IMG/VR virus record: IMGVR_UViG_3300030098_006570
Span: 64,001-128,000 of that record
DNA from: a virus
Strand: one strand, 5' to 3'
Length of the DNA stretch: 64,000 nt
The notes below the pieces were generated by a model that had not been told where the DNA came from, did not search any database, and saw nothing but the letters and a program-made list of their open reading frames with translations. Numbering within the stretch: the first letter of the stretch is position 1; every line of letters begins with the position of its first letter. Positions 42,399-51,476 of the stretch are shown one piece after another. A program made the position numbers and the translations under genes.

Positions 42399-43654
42399 CA
42401 GTACACCTTCACTTCATAGCTATTATAACCGGTCCGGTTCTCCCATGATCCCATGGTTTCATGGACATGCGTGAACAAATTGTCCCATCGCTCCACAAAC
42501 GTTTCGAACCCAAACTGCTTTTCAGCCCAAGCACGACCGCGGAGGCCCCACTCGCGCCGCTGTTCTTCCGGCATCTTATACATATCCGTCAGAGCTTGCA
42601 CTACGTCCTCACCAGCCAGTCGGTCCTCGTATATAAAGGGAACTTCCTGACTGCCAATGATAGATTTGGACGATGGTTCTAATCCGATTCCGTACCAATT
42701 ATCCTCTCCATCCTTTATCTGATCCTGAAGCCCTCCTGTCAGGGTTGCTATGATTGGGGTGCCACAGGAGAGAGACTCCAATGTAGATAACCCGAATCCT
42801 TCAGCGTCTGACACATTGATTGTGGCATCAGCAAGATTATACATCATTGCTAAATCAACCGCATTCACTTTTTCTTTAGACAACAAAACCTGGCCGTTTG
42901 TCAGGTCAAGCTCTTTCATAATCGCTTCCAAATCCTGCCCATGAACGTCCTTTGGGTCTGTGTGCATTATAAGGGTGGCCTTGTCATGTAGATCGTTTTG
43001 GTCTAGAAAATCCTTAAACCAATAGATAAGAGATCCTGACTGTTTACGTCGTGCATTTCGATTATTCCATGCTACTACAAACTTGCCGGCTAATCCCTTC
43101 TCTTCCTTTATTGCCGCCACAGCCGCGGGGTCCAGCGGCTTGAAAATTTCCCCGTCCACCGCGTGGGGGATATAAGAACTCTCCACACTAGGCGAGACAG
43201 TTTGTACAATATCATATGTAAGCTGTGAAATGCAAGCAATATGATCGTTAGAATCGTACCAGACGCGATTGAAGCTAGGATAGGGATAATTATCCCACAC
43301 ATGATAGTAAACCATGGGAACATGCGTTCTGATTTCGTTCTCAATATCCCACAGCCATGTATAAAATCTGGGATCGGTCATAAACCAGAGAATATCCGGC
43401 TTTTGCTGGTGAATCATCGCGCGAACCATGTCCGCGTTTCCGTACCCATCTACAGGCCAAATGATCCAGTCTTGTCCCCACTCAGGCGTATGCTGAGGGT
43501 CGTGACGGGGGTGCTTGATGGCACCGCCGAAGCTGACAAATTGATATTTTCCTGTCTTGAGCATCCCTTCGATAATGTATTTTGTTTGTGTGCCCACACC
43601 GGAAGGGGAAAGCGGGTGGTCACTGATCGTAAAGATCTTAATCTTGTCTGACAT
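42398..43654 (-). CDS. GT4-family glycosyltransferase
   Basis: Likely start MSDKIK. SGVGTQ, NRNARRK, AEGFGLSTLESLSCGTP. Confidence 0.88.
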   Translation of the reverse strand: MSDKIKIFTISDHPLSPSGVGTQTKYIIEGMLKTGKYQFVSFGGAIKHPRHDPQHTPEWGQDWIIWPVDGYGNADMVRAMIHQQKPDILWFMTDPRFYTWLWDIENEIRTHVPMVYYHVWDNYPYPSFNRVWYDSNDHIACISQLTYDIVQTVSPSVESSYIPHAVDGEIFKPLDPAAVAAIKEEKGLAGKFVVAWNNRNARRKQSGSLIYWFKDFLDQNDLHDKATLIMHTDPKDVHGQDLEAIMKELDLTNGQVLLSKEKVNAVDLAMMYNLADATINVSDAEGFGLSTLESLSCGTPIIATLTGGLQDQIKDGEDNWYGIGLEPSSKSIIGSQEVPFIYEDRLAGEDVVQALTDMYKMPEEQRREWGLRGRAWAEKQFGFETFVERWDNLFTHVHETMGSWENRTGYNSYEVKVY

Positions 43655-43662
43655 TCTGTCTC

Positions 43663-44445
43663 CTAACGACAATGTTCGGTATTGAGGAGCTTGCATGGAT
43701 ACGGCTTATGGCAATGCAGCCGGTTTTTGATAGCAAACTTTTTGGTTATATTGTATATTGCTTGATATAGAAGTTTAAGCGCGTTTTCCGTTTTTTTGGG
43801 TCCGCTCGTCACTCTAAAAATCTCCACACGATCTTTTTTAGCCGTGCGCTTGAGCAGTGCAAAGTGGGTCTCAACGCTTTTAGGATCTATACCGTGCTTT
43901 TGGCAAAAAAAGTGCTTGTATAGTGTAAGCTGGTAAGTGACCATCTTTTCAGCCTTCTTGCGGGAATCCCATCCCCAAGAGCAGGTTTTCCAGTCAAAAA
44001 GGTGGTAAGTGTCCCCTACCTTAACGACTGCATCCACAAAACCTTTAAAATTTATATTGAAATTCTCAATAGGAACGTAAAGCATTTCCTCCGAAGAAAA
44101 AACCTCGTAATCGCCAAAATACTCTTTCAGTGCAGATTCAACCTGGGCTAGTATCTGAGGGCCCGCTTGACGCATCTGCTTTACATTGTTGGCGTTTACA
44201 TCAATGTTCTTTTCAAACAATTTTTGTAGCTGCTTATCAAAGCCAATCTGGAATATCTCTGTTTCATCAATATCTTCTTTGAGAAGCTTCTTTTCACAGA
44301 CATCATGGATGGCAGTCCCAAAAGCGGTGTATTCGTTGCCTTCAAATGGAGCAACTCTTTCCACCCAAGCCTTCTTATGGTAATGGGGACAATGCGCCCA
44401 ATCTTTTAGTTCTGAATAAGATATGTGTTCACGCGGTTGCATCAT
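43663..44445 (-). CDS. PD-(D/E)XK nuclease, Cas4/AddB-like with probable Fe-S cluster
   Basis: SYS...CP, FGTAIH, GFVD, DWKT, QLTLY, and three C-terminal Cys. Confidence 0.85.
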   Translation of the reverse strand: MMQPREHISYSELKDWAHCPHYHKKAWVERVAPFEGNEYTAFGTAIHDVCEKKLLKEDIDETEIFQIGFDKQLQKLFEKNIDVNANNVKQMRQAGPQILAQVESALKEYFGDYEVFSSEEMLYVPIENFNINFKGFVDAVVKVGDTYHLFDWKTCSWGWDSRKKAEKMVTYQLTLYKHFFCQKHGIDPKSVETHFALLKRTAKKDRVEIFRVTSGPKKTENALKLLYQAIYNITKKFAIKNRLHCHKPYPCKLLNTEHCR

Positions 44446-45049
44446 CTACTATTTCTGTTATTACTTGATATAAAATGGGGGAGGTCTTAGCGACCACGGA
44501 GGGAGTATCGAGAAAATATTTTTCAAATCCATTAGCAAAGTACTCTGGCAGCGATGTAGCGCCATAAGGGGAAACAAATAGACCCATTGTCAGCATTACC
44601 AAAGTCGGATATCCCACTTCATTGGCTAAGAATTCATCAAACTGTTGATTATATTCTGTATACTGATAGAGCAGCGGATTAATATGATATCCTTCAGCAT
44701 TGAGGAGATGCCGGAGCTTTTCTCTCTTTCCTAAGAACTCCTCTCGGAGCGCAGAATTATGAATAAGATTCTCGTACTTTTTTTCTAGGGCATGAGCCAC
44801 TTCATGAATGAAGTTCTCCAGCATATCAAAAACTGATGGTTCTTTCGAGGTCATATAAACAGCATCATTAGCATATGTTGCGTTGCGACCATTGAGTTCA
44901 GGGAAATCCCCAATGTAAACAATGTCGATGTTGTCCAATAGTTCGGGTGCCATATACTCTTCGACTGAGCTACAAAACTCACTAATCTCCACACCCTTTT
45001 GGAGGGGGGATGTTACAAACACCGGAATATTATAAATATAATATTCCAT
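44429..45049 (-). CDS. Zincin-like metallopeptidase domain protein
   Basis: FIHEVAHALE and downstream EYFANGF. Confidence 0.6.
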   Translation of the reverse strand: MEYYIYNIPVFVTSPLQKGVEISEFCSSVEEYMAPELLDNIDIVYIGDFPELNGRNATYANDAVYMTSKEPSVFDMLENFIHEVAHALEKKYENLIHNSALREEFLGKREKLRHLLNAEGYHINPLLYQYTEYNQQFDEFLANEVGYPTLVMLTMGLFVSPYGATSLPEYFANGFEKYFLDTPSVVAKTSPILYQVITEIVDDATA

Positions 45050-45297
45050 TACTCGCTAGCTTTCGACAACTCAACACTCTCAACGTCAATGAGGGCCTGT
45101 TCGTATCCTCGCAAGAAATTTTCTTCCGCAACCGCCATTAGAAATTCCGGGAATTCAGCGGCAAAAACTTGCACAGCCATATCGACGGTCACGTCCTCGG
45201 ACGCCTCCAGGCGCTCGCCAATGTAATTGACCACTAGTGTCTTGAGGTTCGTCGTGGTCTCAACGAACTTTTCTATATCAGGGTTATTATCAATCAT
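45049..45297 (-). CDS. Hypothetical protein (82 aa)
   Basis: Likely start MIDNNPD; coupled to the next gene. Confidence 0.6.
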   Translation of the reverse strand: MIDNNPDIEKFVETTTNLKTLVVNYIGERLEASEDVTVDMAVQVFAAEFPEFLMAVAEENFLRGYEQALIDVESVELSKASE

Positions 45298-45304
45298 TTT
45301 TGTC

Positions 45305-46624
45305 TCACAGATTTTGTGCAGCAAAAGTTGCAACCTTAGAACGCTCACCCTTATGAAGGGTAACATGCGAAGCCAGTTCAAACTTCTTGAATTTTTCTAC
45401 CGCATGAGTCAAACCATTCGAGGTGGCATCGATGTAAACATTGTCAATCTGTTCAACATCGCCAGTCAGCACAATTTTGGTTCCTTCTCCTACTCTGGTT
45501 ATTATAGTCTTTAGTTCGTGAGTTGTCAAGTTTTGAGATTCATCGATGATGATGAATGCATTAGAAATTGATCGGCCACGAATATATGTCAGAGCTTCTA
45601 TTTCTATTGTACCCTTTTGCATATAAATGTCAAGGGTTATTTTATCATTTCCCATCAAAAACTGGAGATTATCCTGGATGGGCATAAGCCACGGAGACAT
45701 TTTCTCCTCCATGGTTCCGGGCAGAAACCCTATGTCCTTTCCGAGGGGCTGTACGGGACGTGAGACGATTACACGCGTGTATTCCTGCTTGGACTCGTCT
45801 ATGGTCTGCTCAAGGCCTGCAGCGATCGCACAGATCGTTTTACCGCTACCGGCCTTCCCAATGGCCGTAACAATTTGAATCTGAGGGTCCATCAAGGCAT
45901 CCAGGAGGAATTGCTGTTCTTTATTGCGTGGCTTGATGCCCCATACTTTTTGTTTTCCTGTTATGAGTTGTTTCACCGGGGTGACCGAATTAGTATATCG
46001 ACCGAGCGCAGTCTTTTTTTCATTCGCATTAGAAACCAACATTACATACTGATTCGAATGGAGAGCGTCATTATCAAGATAAACATCTTCCCGTTCATAA
46101 AACCGGTCGATCGTTTGATCATCTACCAAGACTTGGGTATACCCAGTATAGATACTATCACTGTTGTCGACTATTTGATTATTAAGGAAGTCCTGAGACT
46201 CTAAACCCACTGCATCCGCAATGACCCGCATATTGATATCGCGCGATACCAGAATAACTTTGCGCGTATTTTCTCGCTGAGCTTTGAGGGCCGTTGCGAT
46301 AATAAGATGATCTGGGACTTTGGAGTCTAGATCCTCCGGCAAATCTTCGGGCAAGAGTGCCGCTGCATTGATAGATTTGATAATTCCCAATCCTTTGCGG
46401 ATTCGGACCCCTTTCTGGAGTGATCCCGTAGCTCGCAAATCATCCCAGATGCGAATTATTTTACGTGCCTGGGCTCCTACAGGATCCTGACGCTTTTTAT
46501 GCTTGTCCACTTCCTCAAATACCTTGAGGGGAACGTGAATATCATTATTTTCAAATGCGTAGATACATTCTGCGTTTGTCAAATAAACACTGGTATCTAA
46601 AACGTATATCTTTTTACGACTCAT
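45305..46624 (-). CDS. phoH: PIN-PhoH protein
   Basis: PIN motif YVLDTSV; Walker A GKAGSGKT; YIRGRS, IIDESQN, ITRVGEGTKIVLTGD. Confidence 0.93.
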   Translation of the reverse strand: MSRKKIYVLDTSVYLTNAECIYAFENNDIHVPLKVFEEVDKHKKRQDPVGAQARKIIRIWDDLRATGSLQKGVRIRKGLGIIKSINAAALLPEDLPEDLDSKVPDHLIIATALKAQRENTRKVILVSRDINMRVIADAVGLESQDFLNNQIVDNSDSIYTGYTQVLVDDQTIDRFYEREDVYLDNDALHSNQYVMLVSNANEKKTALGRYTNSVTPVKQLITGKQKVWGIKPRNKEQQFLLDALMDPQIQIVTAIGKAGSGKTICAIAAGLEQTIDESKQEYTRVIVSRPVQPLGKDIGFLPGTMEEKMSPWLMPIQDNLQFLMGNDKITLDIYMQKGTIEIEALTYIRGRSISNAFIIIDESQNLTTHELKTIITRVGEGTKIVLTGDVEQIDNVYIDATSNGLTHAVEKFKKFELASHVTLHKGERSKVATFAAQNL

Positions 46625-46668
46625 AGAGACCCTGCTGACGGTATACTATATAGGGTTGGCGCGCCTTT

Positions 46669-47184
46669 TTAATAGTTTCCCCCTTTGGGCGTCCCATCAC
46701 ACTGGATCACCTCTACACGCGAAGGCTGTAAGTCTCCCTCCGTCGCCACATCACCTACCATGCCGGCGTCTGTCACCAGAGTGGAAGAGCTTTGAACTTT
46801 TCCCCCACCCATATTCCATAGAAGTTGTACGCCTAATTCCTCGCACACATCCATTTCCGGAGTGTTATCGTTTTTGCGATCACCGCCGTTAGCAAAATAA
46901 TCCGGCTTGATCCGCCGGAGCGCTTCGCATACAGTGCCGTCCCTATCATCAACGTTCGTTGTTTCACCAGTTGCTGTAAAGCCCTCTAGAATTTCGCACC
47001 GCTCCTCGAAAGGCATAAAGATATATCCTTTCTTTCGCATCAGCCAGTCATCAGAATTAACGATCACTACCACATGGCCGTGTTGCGCTGCTTCTTGTAT
47101 CATACGGAGATGACCGATATGAACAGGATCGAAGCCTCCCGATACACAAACAACATCATAAGGAGTTTGGGGTAGATTAGTCAT
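46669..47184 (-). CDS. Cytidylyltransferase-like nucleotidyltransferase (HIGH family)
   Basis: Likely start MTNLPQ. SGGFDPVHIGH, ANGGDR, KVQSSS. Confidence 0.88.
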   Translation of the reverse strand: MTNLPQTPYDVVCVSGGFDPVHIGHLRMIQEAAQHGHVVVIVNSDDWLMRKKGYIFMPFEERCEILEGFTATGETTNVDDRDGTVCEALRRIKPDYFANGGDRKNDNTPEMDVCEELGVQLLWNMGGGKVQSSSTLVTDAGMVGDVATEGDLQPSRVEVIQCDGTPKGGNY

Positions 47185-47422
47185 TAGAGGGCTCCTCGGC
47201 GGCCTCTGGCCCCACAAAATAACGATTGATAGCGCCAATAGCCTCGTCAGCTTCCGCCAAGCGGGCGACAGCCCCAGCAATTTCCCCCACGATGTCAGGA
47301 TGCTCACCCACCCCCACAGGACGAGTGAGATACAACTCAATGGTGGCCAAAGCCTCCTGACGCTTGGCGTCAAACCTCGCGAGGGTGGCACTCATAAACC
47401 GGTTAGTAAGTATATTGGACAT
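47177..47422 (-). CDS. Hypothetical phage protein
   Basis: PVGVGEHPDIV motif; AAAGGA SD. Confidence 0.7.
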   Translation of the reverse strand: MSNILTNRFMSATLARFDAKRQEALATIELYLTRPVGVGEHPDIVGEIAGAVARLAEADEAIGAINRYFVGPEAAEEPSND

Positions 47423-47440
47423 AATATTTTCCTTTCGTTA

Positions 47441-47516
47441 TGGCTGCGGCCGCTGGGCTCGAACCAGCGACCCGTTGATTAACAGTCAACTGCTCTACCA
47501 ACTGAGCTATACCGCA
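47441..47516 (-). tRNA. tRNA-Asn(GUU)
   Basis: Cloverleaf UGCGGUA/GGCCGCA-G-CCA, D arm GCUC/GAGC, anticodon arm GUUGA-CU GUU AA-UCAAC, T loop UUCGAGC; A7-G66 mismatch. Confidence 0.92.
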
Positions 47517-47783
47517 CTATTCTTCTTTTTGCAAGTATACAACATTTCCTTCTTCTCTAAAAGTTTTTATTTCCTCTACAATCTCTTCTATTTCTTCCAC
47601 TTCCCACGGCATGGGGATTAAGCCGTGATGTGACATTCCTACTTCTAAATAATTCAAGCGTCTCCAGACATTAGAATTAATTTTTTCCTGATACTTCTGA
47701 ATCTTAGTTAGTACCCACAGCGTGATCACATTGAAAAAGAATCCTAATATGGCTATAAATAATACTAATTCAACTGTCATCAT
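47517..47783 (-). CDS. Hypothetical membrane protein
   Basis: N-terminal TM helix. Confidence 0.6.
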   Translation of the reverse strand: MMTVELVLFIAILGFFFNVITLWVLTKIQKYQEKINSNVWRRLNYLEVGMSHHGLIPMPWEVEEIEEIVEEIKTFREEGNVVYLQKEE

Positions 47784-48231
47784 TTTCTGGCTGTTCTACA
47801 ACCTCCCACGTTTGATCGGGAAGTAATTCGACCTCAGCCAGAAAAGTACCGGGATCCACCCGGTGCCAGTATTGGGGCGCTATCAACGAAAGAAAATGAC
47901 TTTGGTCTTTTCTTTGATACAAATAATAATGCTCTCCAATCACGGGCTCTATGTTAAAATCCGCCTCATAAATAACCTTTGAGACGTTTACTCGTTCTTG
48001 TACTTCTTTTGCTTGTTCCATAATTATTTCTGCCTGTTTCTTAAGTTTTTCTATTTCTTTTTCCGCATATTTCTCGGCCGCGGAAATGGCCCGGCCCTTC
48101 AGGGTACTCATATCATTAGGCACGATAGCAGGAGCGCCCACATTCGTCCCATAGGGTTTTATATTAGCATCAAATTCTTCCGTCTCATAGTTATACACTA
48201 CATTATCTGCAAATTTTTTATCTTTTGCCAT
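47770..48231 (-). CDS. DUF2452-like protein
   Basis: Likely start MAKDKK. EPVIGEHYYLYQR...FLSLIAPQYW. Confidence 0.7.
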   Translation of the reverse strand: MAKDKKFADNVVYNYETEEFDANIKPYGTNVGAPAIVPNDMSTLKGRAISAAEKYAEKEIEKLKKQAEIIMEQAKEVQERVNVSKVIYEADFNIEPVIGEHYYLYQRKDQSHFLSLIAPQYWHRVDPGTFLAEVELLPDQTWEVVEQPENDDS

Positions 48232-48242
48232 TCGATTGCCTT

Positions 48243-48650
48243 CTACCAACGATGATCCTTTCCGGCCCAATCTTTAAATTTTTCTTCCCCGCCGCGAATC
48301 GCCCAATCCGAATCAATAGTAAGTTTGGAGGAAAGGCCTCCCCGGGGGTTGAAATCCATTTCCAAACGCAAACGATTCGGCTCGTAGACTTCTTTCAAAT
48401 CATCATAAACCACATTGATGAGCCGCTCATACGAAAGCAGCCGATTGCGAAAATCCTGAAAATACTTTTTTAGGGATTTCAACTCAATTATACTATCTTT
48501 GGGATAAAAGACAATCCAAACCGTTGCAAAATCCGGCTGGTCCTTGACCCCAATAAAAGTAACCTCCGGGTTCTTGATATTTATTTCATAACCATCCCCT
48601 GAAGGGTTTGGCAAAGTCTTGAGCAGCGACTTATTACTCCATGTTCTCAT
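48243..48650 (-). CDS. QueF-family T-fold protein lacking the catalytic Cys
   Basis: QPDFA, ELKSLK.Y, FNPRGG present; no cysteine anywhere in the 135 aa. Confidence 0.8.
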   Translation of the reverse strand: MRTWSNKSLLKTLPNPSGDGYEINIKNPEVTFIGVKDQPDFATVWIVFYPKDSIIELKSLKKYFQDFRNRLLSYERLINVVYDDLKEVYEPNRLRLEMDFNPRGGLSSKLTIDSDWAIRGGEEKFKDWAGKDHRW

Positions 48651-48660
48651 ATATTCTCCT

Positions 48661-48736
48661 TGGTGCCGGCGCCACGAATCGAACGCGGGACCTGCGGGTT
48701 ACAAAACCGCTGCTCTACCAACTGAGCTACACCGGC
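48661..48736 (-). tRNA. tRNA-Thr(UGU)
   Basis: GCCGGUG/CGCCGGC-A-CCA, anticodon loop UUUGUAA, T loop UUCGAUU. Confidence 0.92.
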
Positions 48737-49347
48737 GTTTTATTCATTATACTAGGTCTGACCCCAGAATTCAAGACAATTTGGCAAATGTGTTCCAGAC
48801 GCTCTATGTGCTCAAAGGCGTCCCATGGATTTTTTCCGACCGCACATACTCCATGATTTCCTTGTCCCACCACATCGTATTCCGGCTTGCCCGGGCGTAC
48901 GCCCAAGGCTTTAGAAGTAGCATCCGCCAAGGCCTGAGAGACCGCTGGGAGCACTGGAACATTGGGGCCCACGCGCGTGTACCTATAGATCTCGGGAAAC
49001 TGGCTCGCCATGATCTTGAGATCCCAACCGGCGTACATTGCTGCCACGATATTAGTGGAATGTACATGGAGAACACAGCGAGTCCTCACCGCGTCTTTTA
49101 AAATCTGCCAGTGCATCTCTAGCTCCCCAGAAGGGTTTTCCACCCAGGGCTTGTCAGCCAACGAGCCGTCTTCCGCAATGCGAATAGATTTAATAAACTC
49201 GGGATATATCAGATTCTTTCTCACCCCAGAGGGAGTGATATATATTTTCCGATCGCCACTCTTACGGAGTGAACAGTTGCCATCGCGCGTAGTTATCCAC
49301 CCACGCTTATAACACTCTCTCATCACATCGCCGATTGCTGTTATCAT
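48727..49347 (-). CDS. Class II aldolase/adducin family protein
   Basis: DGNCSLR, ITPSG, PSGELEMH, LHVHS, NHGV. Confidence 0.88.
   Translation of the reverse strand: MITAIGDVMRECYKRGWITTRDGNCSLRKSGDRKIYITPSGVRKNLIYPEFIKSIRIAEDGSLADKPWVENPSGELEMHWQILKDAVRTRCVLHVHSTNIVAAMYAGWDLKIMASQFPEIYRYTRVGPNVPVLPAVSQALADATSKALGVRPGKPEYDVVGQGNHGVCAVGKNPWDAFEHIERLEHICQIVLNSGVRPSIMNKTPV
48746..48774 (-). promoter_or_regulatory. Sigma70-type promoter upstream of tRNA-Thr/queF-like
   Basis: TTGAAT-17 nt-TATAAT, ending 9 nt before the tRNA. Confidence 0.7.
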
Positions 49348-49352
49348 TATTG

Positions 49353-49616
49353 CTATGTATGGTAAAGCGGATCTTTCTTTCTCTCTTCTTCCGCGTCTTC
49401 ATAAGTTAGGACATGCGTAGGATACCTTACGATAGTATATAGGCCATGAAAGTTGCCGGGAATCTGAGCGCGAATCATTGAAGCCTCTTCCTTGCATGTC
49501 GCATCGATATAAAGTGTAAGCCCCATTGTACCTGGCTGAATATCATACATAGCGTCAGCACCCCATTCAAGCGCGGCTTCTAAGATGATATTGTCTCTTT
49601 CGAGTTGTGAAATCAC
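49353..49616 (-). CDS. Hypothetical protein
   Basis: Coupled small ORF. Confidence 0.55.
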   Translation of the reverse strand: MISQLERDNIILEAALEWGADAMYDIQPGTMGLTLYIDATCKEEASMIRAQIPGNFHGLYTIVRYPTHVLTYEDAEEERKKDPLYHT

Positions 49617-49804
49617 TAGTTTTTCTTTCTTCTAGTCTTTTTATGAAGCTTTTCAAACAAAAGCTTTTTCCAGAGGGTTGCTTCAATTTCTTCTTTAGGC
49701 ATATTGAGAGAATAAAGACCGGCCAAAATTAAGCGAATTTCTCGATTGGACAAATAAACAGTCTTCAAGAAAGCCGGTAGTTTTTTTCCATTTTGGTCCG
49801 ACAC
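49616..49804 (-). CDS. Hypothetical basic protein
   Basis: AGGAG SD and upstream ACTATTTA. Confidence 0.6.
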   Translation of the reverse strand: MSDQNGKKLPAFLKTVYLSNREIRLILAGLYSLNMPKEEIEATLWKKLLFEKLHKKTRRKKN

Positions 49805-49867
49805 GATATTGATCTCCTTGCATCACTAAATAGTGTGTCGGAGATTCTTTTTACTATATTGTGGCGT

Positions 49868-50134
49868 CTACTTCTTTCGTCGTTTCTTGGACAACTTAGC
49901 TTTCCGACGCTTCTTTTCTTCACGTTTAGCGATTGAGGGATCCGTGCGAGTCTTGACCGCATAGAACTTACGATTTGGGGGTCCTTGATAGTGGACCTTC
50001 ACTTGGAGATCTTCTTGTCCTGCTAGTTCATTTCTCTTGGCGTCAGCGCCGTCGAATGTGGGGAAACGGCCCACGATATTCCATGTTGGCCCGTCGGTGT
50101 GTTGCGGCGCCATTTCTACTTCTTCAGTACTCAT
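49868..50134 (-). CDS. Hypothetical protein with basic tail
   Basis: Likely start MSTEEV; overlaps the upstream stop. Confidence 0.6.
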   Translation of the reverse strand: MSTEEVEMAPQHTDGPTWNIVGRFPTFDGADAKRNELAGQEDLQVKVHYQGPPNRKFYAVKTRTDPSIAKREEKKRRKAKLSKKRRKK

Positions 50135-50358
50135 CCTTTTTCCTTCCATAGATAAGTTGCATCCATTGGCCAATAAACATCTTGACCAGTGTCTAATACT
50201 TGTATTTTATAGATTGTGATAGATTTGTCAAGTACTAATCCTACAAAAGTTCTTTTTCCGGCGTTAGCGTCTCTTTTGGCAACATCCACACAGATGACCA
50301 GATCGCCTACCTCCGCGCTTTTTGTAGTCCTTCCGTATCCCAACCGCCCATCATCCAC
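50131..50358 (-). CDS. Small SH3/KOW-like hypothetical protein
   Basis: EVGDLV...FVGLVL...YKIQV pattern; start uncertain. Confidence 0.45.
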   Translation of the reverse strand: MDDGRLGYGRTTKSAEVGDLVICVDVAKRDANAGKRTFVGLVLDKSITIYKIQVLDTGQDVYWPMDATYLWKEKG

Positions 50359-50891
50359 TTTTCGTTCATGAGGTGATTAATCTTGTTAAAATGGAGAAAA
50401 CCGAGGGCATGCCCTAGTTCGTGTTCGAGGACAGTCTCCCTTACATCTGGTCTTAAATAAATAACTGCGTATTCCACCTGGTTTGTTGTGTTGTCAATAA
50501 AGAAGTGCGTTTGTGCTAGAGCTGTCTCTTCCATTTTTACGCCCAAGGTCACCATATGGATTATGATATAACCTTTGGGAGTCTCGCTTAGACACTTATT
50601 GAGCGGATCATGTTTATATTGTGTATTATAAAAACGATATCCCAAATCTTTCCAGAAGCTTACAGCCTTATCAACCTGACTCTTTGTTACTGGTGCATGT
50701 TCGCAAACAATAACCGTGGGGGTTAGTCCCCATTTGGCAGCTTGCGGAGGCCTATCGTTTACTAAAGGTATTCTGTCATAGTTACTAATATAGGGACCAG
50801 CAGAAGCCGGGACAGCTAGCAGTACTATTGACAAACTAAAAGAAACTACATAAACAAGTGTTCCTAGCGCTATCCGGATAGTATCACTCAT
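50307..50891 (-). CDS. Matrixin-family (metzincin) metalloprotease with signal/TM segment
   Basis: HELGHALGFLH plus Met-turn HLM. Confidence 0.85.
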   Translation of the reverse strand: MSDTIRIALGTLVYVVSFSLSIVLLAVPASAGPYISNYDRIPLVNDRPPQAAKWGLTPTVIVCEHAPVTKSQVDKAVSFWKDLGYRFYNTQYKHDPLNKCLSETPKGYIIIHMVTLGVKMEETALAQTHFFIDNTTNQVEYAVIYLRPDVRETVLEHELGHALGFLHFNKINHLMNEKWMMGGWDTEGLQKARR

Positions 50892-50898
50892 ATAATAT

Positions 50899-51417
50899 TT
50901 AGTTGAAAAAACCAGTTTTGTGATAAACTGTGCCGGAAACTCTTATAGATTCTCCCTCCGGAGGTGGTATATAGATGGTGAGAGCCTGATGATCTTTGTC
51001 TGGTGGGCGCCATATTATCTGCAGAGCGTTAGATTCTGGCGCCCATATCGAATCGAACTCGTTGCCGATATTATTTTCATAGTGATTGTAACAATTATAA
51101 TTATTATTAGTAAGACTCGCGATTAAAGTATCATGCAAGTCATAACCTGAATTAAGGATTACATCCCTGCCACAGATGGAAAAGAATTGCTCTTCCTCTG
51201 TGTCTCTTTCAATAGCTAGGCTGACGAATCCAGATAGCAGTGGAGTGTCGAGTTGCTTATCGCACCAAAAGACCAATGTACTGGGGCCTTCATTTTTACT
51301 CCACCAGCAGTCCATGATTGCATATTCTTCACCGTATTCTTGAATTCTAATCTCCTCTTCCCCTATATTAGAGCAAGAACAAAGTAGAAGTAGTAAGCAA
51401 ATTACAATCTTATTCAC
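50899..51417 (-). CDS. Putative lipoprotein
   Basis: MNKIVICLLLLLCSC lipobox-like signal. Confidence 0.6.
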   Translation of the reverse strand: MNKIVICLLLLLCSCSNIGEEEIRIQEYGEEYAIMDCWWSKNEGPSTLVFWCDKQLDTPLLSGFVSLAIERDTEEEQFFSICGRDVILNSGYDLHDTLIASLTNNNYNCYNHYENNIGNEFDSIWAPESNALQIIWRPPDKDHQALTIYIPPPEGESIRVSGTVYHKTGFFN

Positions 51418-51431
51418 CTTATATTAATTAT

Positions 51432-51460
51432 AATATAATAAAGTTATTTGTAAGATGCAA
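51432..51460 (-). promoter_or_regulatory. Sigma70-type promoter
   Basis: TTGCAT-17 nt-TATATT upstream of 51417. Confidence 0.55.
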
Positions 51461-51476
51461 GCAAAAAGTATATTAT

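Noticed and set aside
30573-43654. Cellular O-antigen/capsule locus
   Set aside because: Co-oriented and contiguous with phage sigma and baseplate genes; no flippase, polymerase or export genes. Chimerism cannot be fully excluded without reads.
43663-44445. CRISPR-Cas system suggested by the Cas4-like gene
   Set aside because: No repeat-spacer array or other cas genes seen in the window.
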